A stretch of 64,000 nt of DNA, from the NCBI GenBank assembly GCA_052108555.1, contig JBQEAV010000009.1, forward strand, positions 3,628 to 67,627. Direction: 5' to 3'. The position numbers and the translations under genes are program-made. The stretch is from Luteimonas sp. (lineage in GTDB: Bacteria; Pseudomonadota; Gammaproteobacteria; Xanthomonadales; Xanthomonadaceae). This document shows, piece after piece, positions 53,015-62,296 of the stretch. The notes beneath the pieces are model-generated. The model worked only from the letters and a program-made list of their open reading frames with translations. It was not told the origin of the DNA and did no database searches. Positions within the stretch are counted from its first letter, which is position 1, and every line of letters starts with the position of its first letter.

Positions 53015-54237
53015 GGGTGTCGCTGTGCCTCGGACGTCACCGGGTGCGCGCTGTTCACGTCGGATGCGCCCAGCTCCACCAGCCGCTCGTCGAACACCGT
53101 GCGGCTGGCCGCATCGGGAATCCGCTCCGACAGCGCACGCGCCCGATCCAGATGCATGCGTATCGCCGCCGTGTCGCCATCCAGGCGCGCGATCTCCGCA
53201 TCCAGCCATGCGCGGTATGGCGACAGGTCCATCAGTCCACCCTCGCAGTGCCGGCGCCAGGCGGCGAGCAGCGCGCGGTCGCCGACCAGCAGCGCCGCAT
53301 GGCTGGCGAGTATCACCGCGATCGAAGGCCGGAATGCGGCCGGTGCTTTTGCGAATGCGGCCGCGAGTGCCTCGGCATCCGGGCGTGCGGCGCTGGGATC
53401 CCGCCGATCGACCGCATGCGACAGCCGCAGCATGCGTGCGCTCTGCAGCAGGCCGGTGCTGGCGATGCCGGCGTCCACGGTCGGAATCGACGCCGGCGGC
53501 CAATCGCGCGGCCGCACATTGGCCAGGCTCAGCGCCATCAACTGGTTGATCTGCAGCTGCAGCGCGGCATCCGGTGTGCGGCGGGCGAGATCGAGCAGGC
53601 CGCGACCATCGGAACGCCAGCCCTCCATGTGCATCGGCAGCAGATTGCCCAGGCCCATCGTCGTGGCGCCAAGTGCGATGCCCAGGCCTGCACCCGCCAG
53701 CCAAGGCGACATCGGCAACCAGAACACCAGCGCGACGCACAGCGCCGCCGTCGCCAGATTCGCCAGCGGACCGCCCAGCAGGAACACCGTCTGATCAACA
53801 CGCGACAGGCCACGCCCGTCGCGTGGCAGCAGCGCCGCGAACCCGCCAATGCCGCGCACGCCACCGCCATGCCGCCAGCGCCAGCGGTCGTCGCTGCCGC
53901 GCTCTGCCCGGAACGGCCCGACACCGAATGCGATCGCATGCATGCCGCGCGATACGCCCGCGAGTGCATGCCCGGCTTCGTGCAACACGATGTGCGGCCA
54001 CAGCGAGACGAAGAAGCCGACCAGCAGCGCGAGTCCCGTACCGGGCGGCAGCGATTCCAGGGTTGGCAGGCCGAGCTTCGCGATGCCCACGCCGACCAGG
54101 CCGCCGGCCAGGAAGAGCACCAGTGGCCGCAGCGCGCGACGCCACAGCGGCCGCTTTGCCGCAGGCGTCTCAAACGCGGGCGGCATCAACGATGCGAATG
54201 GGGATTGCGGCGGCGTGGCGCTGTCGGGCGTCGTCAT
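52999..54237 (-). CDS. M50-family (site-2 protease-like) membrane metallopeptidase
   Basis: LHEAGH, GGPLAN, NLLP.....SDG. Confidence 0.85.
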   Translation of the reverse strand: MTTPDSATPPQSPFASLMPPAFETPAAKRPLWRRALRPLVLFLAGGLVGVGIAKLGLPTLESLPPGTGLALLVGFFVSLWPHIVLHEAGHALAGVSRGMHAIAFGVGPFRAERGSDDRWRWRHGGGVRGIGGFAALLPRDGRGLSRVDQTVFLLGGPLANLATAALCVALVFWLPMSPWLAGAGLGIALGATTMGLGNLLPMHMEGWRSDGRGLLDLARRTPDAALQLQINQLMALSLANVRPRDWPPASIPTVDAGIASTGLLQSARMLRLSHAVDRRDPSAARPDAEALAAAFAKAPAAFRPSIAVILASHAALLVGDRALLAAWRRHCEGGLMDLSPYRAWLDAEIARLDGDTAAIRMHLDRARALSERIPDAASRTVFDERLVELGASDVNSAHPVTSEAQRHPVKQA

Positions 54238-54247
54238 CCGCGGCGGG

Positions 54248-54997
54248 TCACTTGCTGCTGACGTACTTCTCGCGACGAATCAGCGGCACCGGCAGGCCGA
54301 AGCCCTTGAGCGCTTCGAACGTCGCATCGACCATGTTCGGATTGCCGCACAGGTAGGCGATATCACCCTCGCCCGGCGCGAATTCCTCGAGAAACTGCTG
54401 CACGTAGCCGTCGCGCACGTCGGCATGCGGCGCGTCCGGCAATTCGCGCGAGAAGCACGGCACGAAGCGGAAGTTCGGATGGGCGTCGGCGAACGCGCGG
54501 AAGTCGTCGCCGTACAGCAGTTCGGCCGGCGTGCGCGCACCCATCAACAGCACCACCTCGACGCCGCGCTCGGCGATCGCCTGCTCCAGCAGCGGCAGCA
54601 TCGACCGGTACGGGGTCACGCCGGTGCCGGTGCCGACCAGCAGATAGCGGCGATTGGTGTCCTGCGGCATCAGGCAGAAGCGGCCGAACGGGCCACTGGC
54701 CTGCACCGTGCTGCCCAGTTCCATGCCTTCGAACAGCGCCGTCGCCGCGCCGCCGGGCACGTAGCTGACAGCGACTTCAATCGCCTCGCCCGGACCGATC
54801 GCATGGTCATGGATCGTCGCCAGCGAATACGAACGCTTGGTCGCGGTGCCGTCGCCGTACTCGAAATGGATCTGGATGAACTGCCCGGGGATGAAGTCCA
54901 GCGGCTGGCCGTCGTCGCGGACGAAGGACAGGTGGGCGACAGTCGGCGCGACCATGCGCCGCGAGACGAGCTTGATGGGGAATTGCGTGATGGCCAC
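54248..54997 (-). CDS. Ferredoxin--NADP reductase-family FAD oxidoreductase
   Basis: PGQF, RSYS, GTGVTPYRSM, YLCGNP; GTG start. Confidence 0.9.
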   Translation of the reverse strand: MAITQFPIKLVSRRMVAPTVAHLSFVRDDGQPLDFIPGQFIQIHFEYGDGTATKRSYSLATIHDHAIGPGEAIEVAVSYVPGGAATALFEGMELGSTVQASGPFGRFCLMPQDTNRRYLLVGTGTGVTPYRSMLPLLEQAIAERGVEVVLLMGARTPAELLYGDDFRAFADAHPNFRFVPCFSRELPDAPHADVRDGYVQQFLEEFAPGEGDIAYLCGNPNMVDATFEALKGFGLPVPLIRREKYVSSK

Positions 54998-55165
54998 GGG
55001 AATCCGTTGCTGTCCGGCATCGAACGCCGGCACGTGGACTGCGGCAGACAGGCCTGCCATGAGGCGAATATAGTACGGCAACCCGAACCGGGGCCGCAGT
55101 CGTTCAGCCGGCGCGTCCGGCAGTCCCCGATGGCTCCTGTGCACCCATTGTCCGGATCGCAAAGC

Positions 55166-55693
55166 ATGTCGAATGCCGTTGTCCACCTGTTGCCAGCACG
55201 CGCGTCGTCCTGGTGCTTCGTAGCGCTGATGGGGGCGCTGGCAGGGTGTGCGCAGGAACGCGAGTCCGCCCCGGCATCGGAACCTGTACCACCGACGGGA
55301 TCCGTCGTTGAAGACGCTCGCGCCTCACAGGTCGGTGTTGCGGAGGTGCAGTCCGTCGATGTCCCACAGCGCGACGCCGGGCCCCTGCCCGTCGTCGGGC
55401 GGCCGCCGCCCCAGGCTGGCGTTCTGCCCACATCGACGAGGGAAACCGAGCCGGCCGCGGTGTGGGGAGCAGTGATCGGCGGGAACGTCGGCGCTGCGCA
55501 GGCCTGTGGTGCAGAGCAGACGCGACTGCAGTCCTACCTCGACAGCGTTGCCCCGCAGATCGAACAGGCTGCCGGTACACCAGACGCCATGCAGTCCTAT
55601 CGTGAAGCCTACGAGCAGGCGCGCAGCCACGCCGCGGCCTTGTCCCGCGACACGGAAGCGTGCAGGCAGGTCCTGGCTTCGCTTCCCAGTTGA
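55166..55693 (+). CDS. Hypothetical lipoprotein
   Basis: LAGC lipobox, Pro-rich linker, small two-Cys helical domain. Confidence 0.6.
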   Translation: MSNAVVHLLPARASSWCFVALMGALAGCAQERESAPASEPVPPTGSVVEDARASQVGVAEVQSVDVPQRDAGPLPVVGRPPPQAGVLPTSTRETEPAAVWGAVIGGNVGAAQACGAEQTRLQSYLDSVAPQIEQAAGTPDAMQSYREAYEQARSHAAALSRDTEACRQVLASLPS

Positions 55694-55735
55694 ACATGCG
55701 CACGGCGCCTGGACGCCATGCGCATGTACCCGGGT

Positions 55736-56320
55736 TCAGGGCACCGGAGGCGGATTGATGATCTGCACCACACCACAGCCGATCCGCGAGCCGGAATTTC
55801 CGTCCGGCTGCGTGGTGTAATCGTCCGCACGGGCGTGGACGACGAAGCTTCGCGTGGCCACATCGTTGTAATGACCGCCGCCCAGCGTGACGCCCTGAAT
55901 ATTCCGGTTCAAGCGGACGGTGCCGTCCGCTTCGACATCCAGGTTGTCCATGTCCCCGAGCATGTGCTCGCCATGTGCGTAGCGCCCATGGCGGGAGCCC
56001 AGCGGATTGAAGACGGTGCGGAGGTCCGCCTCGCTGCCTGCACAGTCAGCGGCTTCCTTGATGTGGAAGGCGAACTGTCCGGCACTTGGAAAGCCCTGCA
56101 GTGTTCCGCTGAGGCGGATGCCGTCGGCGAAAGGATCCACGCGCAACTGTCCGGACACGGTCCCGCCGTCGACCGGGGTGATGTTGAGATAGGCCTCCTT
56201 GGCCTCGCTCTGTGTCAGCGTGCCGCGCGGGAGATGCGGCGCAGTGGCGCACGCGGCAAGCGCGAGACCGGCGCAGGACATGACGGTCCATCGGGCTGTG
56301 CGGCTGGAGCGGTCGGACAT
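55736..56320 (-). CDS. sodC: Cu/Zn superoxide dismutase-like lipoprotein with degenerate copper site
   Basis: LAAC; FHIKE, VFNP, HG...H.LGDM, VVHA..DDY..QP.GNSG.RI.CG. Confidence 0.8.
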   Translation of the reverse strand: MSDRSSRTARWTVMSCAGLALAACATAPHLPRGTLTQSEAKEAYLNITPVDGGTVSGQLRVDPFADGIRLSGTLQGFPSAGQFAFHIKEAADCAGSEADLRTVFNPLGSRHGRYAHGEHMLGDMDNLDVEADGTVRLNRNIQGVTLGGGHYNDVATRSFVVHARADDYTTQPDGNSGSRIGCGVVQIINPPPVP

Positions 56321-56527
56321 GTATCGAATCCCCTGGAAGCAAAATGGCGAATGGACGGACCAGTCGATCCGTGGCGAATCTGATGCACTTGGGAAACGGC
56401 TGTCCCTGTGTGCGATTCCACGTCGACGTCCCCTCACGCGCGTGGAAAAACTTCGATGTAGGTGCCGACCCCAAGAGGCAGTGATCCGCTCGGCTTGCGG
56501 GCCGTACGGAGATGGCTTTCGAGCGAC

Positions 56528-56561
56528 CCGGAATCCGGAATCCGGAATCCGGAATCCGGAA
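56528..56561. repeat. Heptamer tandem repeat (CCGGAAT), four full units plus a partial
   Basis: CCGGAATCCGGAATCCGGAATCCGGAATCCGGAA. Confidence 0.9.
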
Positions 56562-56770
56562 GAGCGTGTCTGGTCAACCGGTCTTGCACGGCCCCGTGTC
56601 GCCTCGTCCCCTGAGTGTGCGACGGCCGGATGACATGCGCGGGACTGGACATCCATGACATGTCGTAGGGGTTAAGTCACAAACCTTCCGCGCAACCTGA
56701 ATACCGTATCGACTGATACCAGCCAATCTGGGGCAGCCCCTAGATTGCATATACATCCTGCATTCAAACA

Positions 56771-57011
56771 ATGAGGGATTCGAAATCATTTCGTCAACCT
56801 TATCGTGGCGCTGATCGCGATCGCATCGATCACCGTGGTCAGCATGTTCGGCGGCACTGTCCGCAACCAGGTGTCGGGCATGGCCCAGGAGCTCTCGGGC
56901 CAGAGCGCCAGCGACGCGATCACCGCCGCGCAGACCTCAGCGGATGTCGCCGCCGGCGATGCGCAGGTCGAGCGCAACCTCGGCAGCTACGACAACGTCG
57001 TCAGCGAGTAA
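56771..57011 (+). pseudogene. flp: Flp pilin with disrupted 5' end (no G|QxxxEY motif)
   Basis: IVALIAIASITVVSMFGGTVRNQVSGMAQELSG is an Flp core; in-frame TGA at 56772-74; the ATG at 56771 is in another frame. Confidence 0.65.
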
Positions 57012-57019
57012 TCCGGCCT

Positions 57020-57045
57020 GCGGTGGCCCCGAGCGGGGCCGCCGC
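57020..57045 (+). terminator. GC hairpin after flp (attenuator or mRNA stabiliser)
   Basis: GCGGTGGCCCCG-AG-CGGGGCCGCCGC, no U-tract. Confidence 0.55.
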
Positions 57046-57110
57046 GCTGTCGAACGGGCGTTACGCATGAAAGAGCGCGTCGCTGCAGGGGCGCGCTGGC
57101 CGGGGATGGG

Positions 57111-58754
57111 ATGAGCCGTTTTCAACTGACAACCATAAGGTCCGGGAAGGTCTCTCCGCGCAGCGTGCGTGGCCAGGCCATGGTCCTGTTCCTGACGCTG
57201 ATCGGCGTACTCTGCCTCGGCCTGCTGCTGTTGTTTGACTCCAGCCAGGTCGTCAACAAGAAGATCCGCCTGACCAACACGGCGGATGCTGCCGCTTACA
57301 GCGTCGCTGTGCAGCAGGCGAAGGCCTACAACTTCGCCGCTTACATGAATCGTGCGCAGGTGGCCAACGAAGTCGCGATCGCCCAGATCGTCAGCCTCTG
57401 GTCTTGGTTGAACATGCTGCACACCCACACCCGCGTGGGCTTCAACACATTCACCTACCTGTCGGGCATTCCGGTGATCGGCGCTTTCGCCGCTGTCATT
57501 GCTCGTGTCTATCAGGTTGCAGAGCAGATCGTCGGAAACATCCGCAACATCTACCAGCAGGGCGTCACCCTGGGCGGAGTGATACCGGGTGCTGAGGGTG
57601 GCCTGATCAGCGTGCTGAGCCTTCTCAACCAAGGCTATGCGAGCGCCAACCGTGTCGTGCTGGAGTACATCGGTGGTCTCGATGGCTATCGGCTTGTCGA
57701 ACGTGTGATTGGCGAGAACGACCCCACAGCGCAGATGAACCTGCTTGCCCGAGGCCTGTTGATCGATCGCCTGCGCATGGCGGCCGGCCATGACGTCAAC
57801 GGGCTCCGCCCCGGTCTGTTGGACCATCACCGGCGGCCGTCCCGACGGGGCGAGAACCATGAGGGCATGAACCGCTTCCGGAATGTGGTGATGGGCTCGC
57901 GCGACCGGTTCACCGCGGAACGCGGCCAGAACATCCGCTGGTGGCCCGTCAGCGGCGGGACCTACGGCGGTACCGACATGGTGGATTACCACCGCTGGGT
58001 CGGCATGGACACCATGGATGTCCGGATCTGGATGCCATGGCCGTTCAGCGATCTGCGCATTCCGATGGGCTGGGGTGGCGCACAGGCTGTTGGTGAAGAG
58101 GGATTCCCTCCGTTCCTGCCGGGGATCCGGGCCGCGCGCAACAACCGGCCGGGCTGGTATTCCTACGAGCACGGGCGCGACTACGACCAGTACGGCGGGT
58201 CCGGCGGCAGCACGGCGCGCCTGGCCGAGCAGTTTCCGTCGGTCAACACGCCATGGCTTTGGGGCCAGTCCAACTATTTCACGCAGCGCGGGGATGCCTA
58301 TTACAGGGACTACCGGGGGCTGCAGGACTACCACGACGTCAAGCCGGGAATCGCGCGGACGCCCGACTGCGGTGGCGCGGTCGCATGCAGCGATGCCGGG
58401 CCGGTCTTCACCGTCTACATCCACAGCGACAGGGCGCACGCCCGGGCCAGCCAGGACATCGACGGACTGGGCAGCGCCGACGCGGGCGGGCCCCTGAGTC
58501 TGCACGCGGAGATGGCCAACGACCGCATGACAGCAGTCGCATCCGCCCAGACGTATTTCAACCGGCCGCGTGACCGCGAAGGCCTGTTCCGACGCATGGT
58601 GCCGCGCTCGTGGAGTGGCCAAAGCGCCCCGCAGTCCGATGACCAGCTCGAGATGGGAAGTCTTTTCAGCCCGTACTGGCAGGCCAGGCTGATCGACACG
58701 CCGATGGACGACTACGCGGCGATCGGCATCGACCAGATCGTGGGGCTGCCATGA
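57111..58754 (+). CDS. TadG-like pilus assembly / tip protein
   Basis: RG|QAMVL, TM, L.NTADAAAYS, FAAYMNRAQVANEV; C-terminal SLFSPYWQARL. Confidence 0.85.
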   Translation: MSRFQLTTIRSGKVSPRSVRGQAMVLFLTLIGVLCLGLLLLFDSSQVVNKKIRLTNTADAAAYSVAVQQAKAYNFAAYMNRAQVANEVAIAQIVSLWSWLNMLHTHTRVGFNTFTYLSGIPVIGAFAAVIARVYQVAEQIVGNIRNIYQQGVTLGGVIPGAEGGLISVLSLLNQGYASANRVVLEYIGGLDGYRLVERVIGENDPTAQMNLLARGLLIDRLRMAAGHDVNGLRPGLLDHHRRPSRRGENHEGMNRFRNVVMGSRDRFTAERGQNIRWWPVSGGTYGGTDMVDYHRWVGMDTMDVRIWMPWPFSDLRIPMGWGGAQAVGEEGFPPFLPGIRAARNNRPGWYSYEHGRDYDQYGGSGGSTARLAEQFPSVNTPWLWGQSNYFTQRGDAYYRDYRGLQDYHDVKPGIARTPDCGGAVACSDAGPVFTVYIHSDRAHARASQDIDGLGSADAGGPLSLHAEMANDRMTAVASAQTYFNRPRDREGLFRRMVPRSWSGQSAPQSDDQLEMGSLFSPYWQARLIDTPMDDYAAIGIDQIVGLP

Positions 58755-59578
58755 GGAGAATCCCGAATCATCGGCAGACCCTCCGATCGACCTGCACGGG
58801 GGGAGGCGTTGCCGCATGCGTGCTGGCACTGGCCAGCGCGTGTTCCGCGGGCGACGTGACGCCGAAGGATGCGTCCGGCGAGGCTGTTGGCCAGAAAAGC
58901 GACATGCCGCCGATCTACGTCGACTCGGAAGTCGAATACCTGATCGCAGGTCGCAACACCATGCGCGAGAGCTACCTGGAGAACCTCGACGTGTGCCAGC
59001 AGGCCGGGCTTCCGCTCGAGCCGCTGTCGGATGATGAGGTGGCGCGGCTGGGCATGGCGCGTCTGCAACGGTGGTTCCTGGACGACACCTTCGCTTTCCG
59101 CTGGGAGAAATGGAACTTCGGTTCAGCCAGCGGAACGCAGGACGGATTGTGCCGCTTCGTGTTCGCGACAGAAGGCAGCCACCAGTTCTTTGCCCCCGGC
59201 CGCCATGCCGCCGTGGATCTGTCGAACGGCGAGCATTTTTCGCAGCCGCCGCGACACGCGGGATTCCACGCGCGCGAGGCCCTATCGGCCGCAGATGTCG
59301 CAGGTCAGCTCAGCGGAACGGAGACAGAAGTTTCCGGACAGGCATGTCGTCAAGCGACAGCAGGAACAGTCGAGGGGTGCGCATGGTCGGGTGGAGGCCA
59401 GTGGGGATTCAATGCGCGCGTACCCAGCCTGCAGCCGAGCAACGTCGCGCATCTGAGCAACACGATCGTCCTGTCGCAGGCGCCGACACAAGGCGATGGG
59501 ATGCGCGTGCGGACGCGAGCTTTCAATATCGGTGCCGGTTTCACTCCTGCTGAGATGATGCCGGAGGCATCCCGATGA
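58751..59578 (+). CDS. Hypothetical Cys-containing exported protein in the Tad operon
   Basis: ATGA overlaps on both sides; LASAC lipobox-like sequence. Confidence 0.65.
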   Translation: MRRIPNHRQTLRSTCTGGGVAACVLALASACSAGDVTPKDASGEAVGQKSDMPPIYVDSEVEYLIAGRNTMRESYLENLDVCQQAGLPLEPLSDDEVARLGMARLQRWFLDDTFAFRWEKWNFGSASGTQDGLCRFVFATEGSHQFFAPGRHAAVDLSNGEHFSQPPRHAGFHAREALSAADVAGQLSGTETEVSGQACRQATAGTVEGCAWSGGGQWGFNARVPSLQPSNVAHLSNTIVLSQAPTQGDGMRVRTRAFNIGAGFTPAEMMPEASR

Positions 59579-60465
59579 GCCGGACGGAGCGCCGTGCCAT
59601 CTCGCGGGCCCGCCTGCGCGCGCGCGCGCCGGCACGCTCGAAATCGGCGCAACGCGGACAGGCACTGACCGAGATGGCGATCCTTGCGGTCGTGCTCGTT
59701 CCGCTGTTCCTGCTGATTCCCCTGCTCGCCAAGTACGCGCATCTCCAGCAGAACACTCAGCAGGCGGCGCGGGCCGCAGCCTGGGAAGCGACGGTGGTCC
59801 GGGACTTCGAAATGGAACGGCTGAATGCCTCGGTGGTCCGCGAGCGTCTGATCGACCGCCACTTCTCGCACGCGGATACACCGATCTCCACGGCAGCCCA
59901 GGTACGGGACGCGGACGACGACAGCTTGGGTGGCTCGATGTACAACACCCACTCCGGCCAGCCGCTGCTCGAGCGACAGGACATTGCACTGGCGGCCTAC
60001 GAGTTCGCGGACCAAGCCGACATCACCGGTAGGATCACCAACGCAATCCCGGACTTTCTGCCCGGGGAGTTCCCGCCCAGCCGCAACGGGTTGGCGACCG
60101 CGCACCTGACCCTGCGCCCGCAGAACATCCGCTATGCGGACGGAAGTCCGGCCAGGGACACGGACATGATGCGTCCGTTCGACAGTATCGATCTCGAGTT
60201 CACCGGGAAGCACACACTGCTCGCCGATGCGTGGGGTGCAGCGGGCAGCGGAATCACCAGCGAGCGCGGGCGCAGTACCTACCAGCAGGTGCGCACGTTC
60301 GTGCCCAGCACCATGTTCTCGTTTCTCGGCGACGGTCTGGACAGCATCAGTGGCCTGGGGATCATCCCGATCGTCGGCGCGCTGACGCGGCTGCGGCCCG
60401 GCTACGCACGCGAAGTGATGGACGTCGTTCCCGAAGACCGGCTGCAGGCCTATCCGGGGGAATGA
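59575..60465 (+). CDS. TadE-like pseudopilin
   Basis: QRG|QALTEMAIL, TM, QAARAAAWE. Confidence 0.85.
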   Translation: MSRTERRAISRARLRARAPARSKSAQRGQALTEMAILAVVLVPLFLLIPLLAKYAHLQQNTQQAARAAAWEATVVRDFEMERLNASVVRERLIDRHFSHADTPISTAAQVRDADDDSLGGSMYNTHSGQPLLERQDIALAAYEFADQADITGRITNAIPDFLPGEFPPSRNGLATAHLTLRPQNIRYADGSPARDTDMMRPFDSIDLEFTGKHTLLADAWGAAGSGITSERGRSTYQQVRTFVPSTMFSFLGDGLDSISGLGIIPIVGALTRLRPGYAREVMDVVPEDRLQAYPGE

Positions 60466-61136
60466 TGCCAGGACGGACAACGCCCCTGCTGGTCTGCCTG
60501 CTCACCACACTGCTGCTGTCGGGTCATGCACGCGCATGGCCGACCGTGCCGCTTCCCGAGCAGAGCCAGGGTGAGTGGGTTACCCGGCACATGAACTACA
60601 ACGGCCTGGACATGCGCGCCAGCCGCTTCGTGACCACGCAGAGCCTGGACGACGTCAAAGCGTTCTACCGCAGCACCTGGGGCGAACAGATGGTGGAGAA
60701 CGCGATCGGGCACCGGACATTCCTCGGTCGGGCCGAAGGGGCGCATTTCATCTCGGTGGAACTGAAGTCGCTCGGAACCGGAACGGAAGGTGTGGTGGGA
60801 TTGATGGAGATGGTCGACGGGGAGATCGATTTCACCATCGGTGAGGGCTTCCCTTCTCCCGGCGGCAGTGAGATCTACAACGACATCCGCTACCTCGACG
60901 GGCCGCGCGAGAGCCGCGTACTGGCGCTGTCGAACGAACGTACGCCGTTCGTCAATCACCAGTTCTACCACCACCAGTTGCGCATGCTCGGATGGCGCAT
61001 GACATCCGACGGCACCGCGTGCCGCGCGCACTCCGAATCATGTCTTGCAGGTTTCGAGCGTCAGTCACAGACCATGACGCTGGTCATCTCTCGCGGCGAA
61101 CCGGGGGGTTCGCATGTTGTGGCGACCATCGAGTAA
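60462..61136 (+). CDS. Hypothetical periplasmic Tad-associated protein
   Basis: Signal peptide (ARA-W); MNYNGLDMR; translational coupling to TadE. Confidence 0.7.
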   Translation: MMPGRTTPLLVCLLTTLLLSGHARAWPTVPLPEQSQGEWVTRHMNYNGLDMRASRFVTTQSLDDVKAFYRSTWGEQMVENAIGHRTFLGRAEGAHFISVELKSLGTGTEGVVGLMEMVDGEIDFTIGEGFPSPGGSEIYNDIRYLDGPRESRVLALSNERTPFVNHQFYHHQLRMLGWRMTSDGTACRAHSESCLAGFERQSQTMTLVISRGEPGGSHVVATIE

Positions 61137-61146
61137 AGGGGGAAGG

Positions 61147-61368
61147 ATGAGATTCGGAAGACATACCGCGCGGATGCGGTTCGGTCGTGGCACACAAAAG
61201 GGGGCCGCGACGATCGAGTACACCATCGTGACAGCACTGTTCGTGATCGCGCTGTTGGCGCCGACGAACACGTTCTCCGACCTGATGGACGCGATCAAGC
61301 AGGTCTTCCAGGCATTCACCTACACGCTGTCGGTGAGTTATCCCGCGCCCGTGATCGACCTCGACTAG
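61147..61368 (+). CDS. Small Flp/TadE-like minor pilin
   Basis: QKG|AATIEY prepilin motif followed by a hydrophobic helix. Confidence 0.75.
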   Translation: MRFGRHTARMRFGRGTQKGAATIEYTIVTALFVIALLAPTNTFSDLMDAIKQVFQAFTYTLSVSYPAPVIDLD

Positions 61369-61473
61369 TTGTCGATCAACCGATTGCGGGAGCTACAAGG
61401 ACGGATCTGCTGGTGACCAGCCCGGTTGCCGGCACACCGATGTGTCGAGAAAAACCTGGGGAGTAAATGGTTC

Positions 61474-62292
61474 GTGGCGTCATTCAAAAAGATCAACAAG
61501 AACGCGCTGTTCATTGTCGGAGCTGTGCTCTTCGGATTGTTGGCCGCGTTCCTGAGCGTGAGCTACGTGCAGCAGAAAGCCGATGAAGCCAAGGCCGCGG
61601 CGACACCACAACAGCGGCCGGAGATGCAGGTGGTGGTGCCGACCCGAAACATCGCCCCAGGCGAAGTGCTCCAGTCCAGTTTCCTCTCGGGCCGCAGCGT
61701 TCCGGTGGATTTCGTGCCGGCCGACGCCATCCTGCCAGGCGAGTTCGAACAGTACGTTGGGCGTGCGACCCGCTTCGCGCTCAAGCAGGGCGTGCCGATC
61801 AGCGCGGGCGCGCTGATTTCCACCATCGACCAGTTCTCGCGCGCCGTGACGCCGGGAGCAGTGGCCTACACGTTCTCGGTGAACGAGAACAACTCGATCT
61901 CCGGAATGATCAGCCCGGGTGATCGCATCGACATGCTGATGACCTATTCACCCGACGAATCCGAGCAGGAGAAGGCGGCGGGTGTGCCGCGCGAGGGTGA
62001 CCGCGTTGTGCCGTTGCTGGAGAACATCCTTGTGCTGGCCACCGGCACTGCACTCGAGAACGCACCCGGCGAAATCGCGTCGGGCTATTCCAGCATCACG
62101 CTGGAACTCGACCCACAGCAGGCCGAGCAACTGACCATCGCGCAGGAGAGCGGAAAGATGCGCGTCGTCCTTCGCAACCTCGACGACAGGACACCGTTCG
62201 GCCTGATGGGCCTGACCGAGCGCGGCCTGCTTTCCGAGTACGAAGGCACCGGCGGCAATGGCATCCAATTCATTATCGGCGGGAAGAAATAA
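61474..62292 (+). CDS. cpaB: Flp pilus assembly protein CpaB/RcpC
   Basis: TM, SAF domain, ISGMISPGDRID, LLENILVLATG, ITLEL.P.QA..L. Confidence 0.9.
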   Translation: MASFKKINKNALFIVGAVLFGLLAAFLSVSYVQQKADEAKAAATPQQRPEMQVVVPTRNIAPGEVLQSSFLSGRSVPVDFVPADAILPGEFEQYVGRATRFALKQGVPISAGALISTIDQFSRAVTPGAVAYTFSVNENNSISGMISPGDRIDMLMTYSPDESEQEKAAGVPREGDRVVPLLENILVLATGTALENAPGEIASGYSSITLELDPQQAEQLTIAQESGKMRVVLRNLDDRTPFGLMGLTERGLLSEYEGTGGNGIQFIIGGKK

Positions 62293-62296
62293 GCAC

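Noticed and set aside
56571-56588. Possible sigma-54 promoter TGGTCA...TTGCA upstream of flp
   Set aside because: GG to GC spacing is 14, not 12.
56340-56800. c-di-GMP riboswitch or retron msr/msd upstream of flp
   Set aside because: No GEMM consensus found; no reverse transcriptase and no long terminal inverted repeats. A short resemblance to Ec86 msr (CATCCTGCATT, from memory) is compatible with chance.
56771-57070. 99-aa ORF MRDSKSFRQPYRG as an independent gene
   Set aside because: After about codon 10 it is an off-frame reading of the flp core, with Arg-rich shadow composition.
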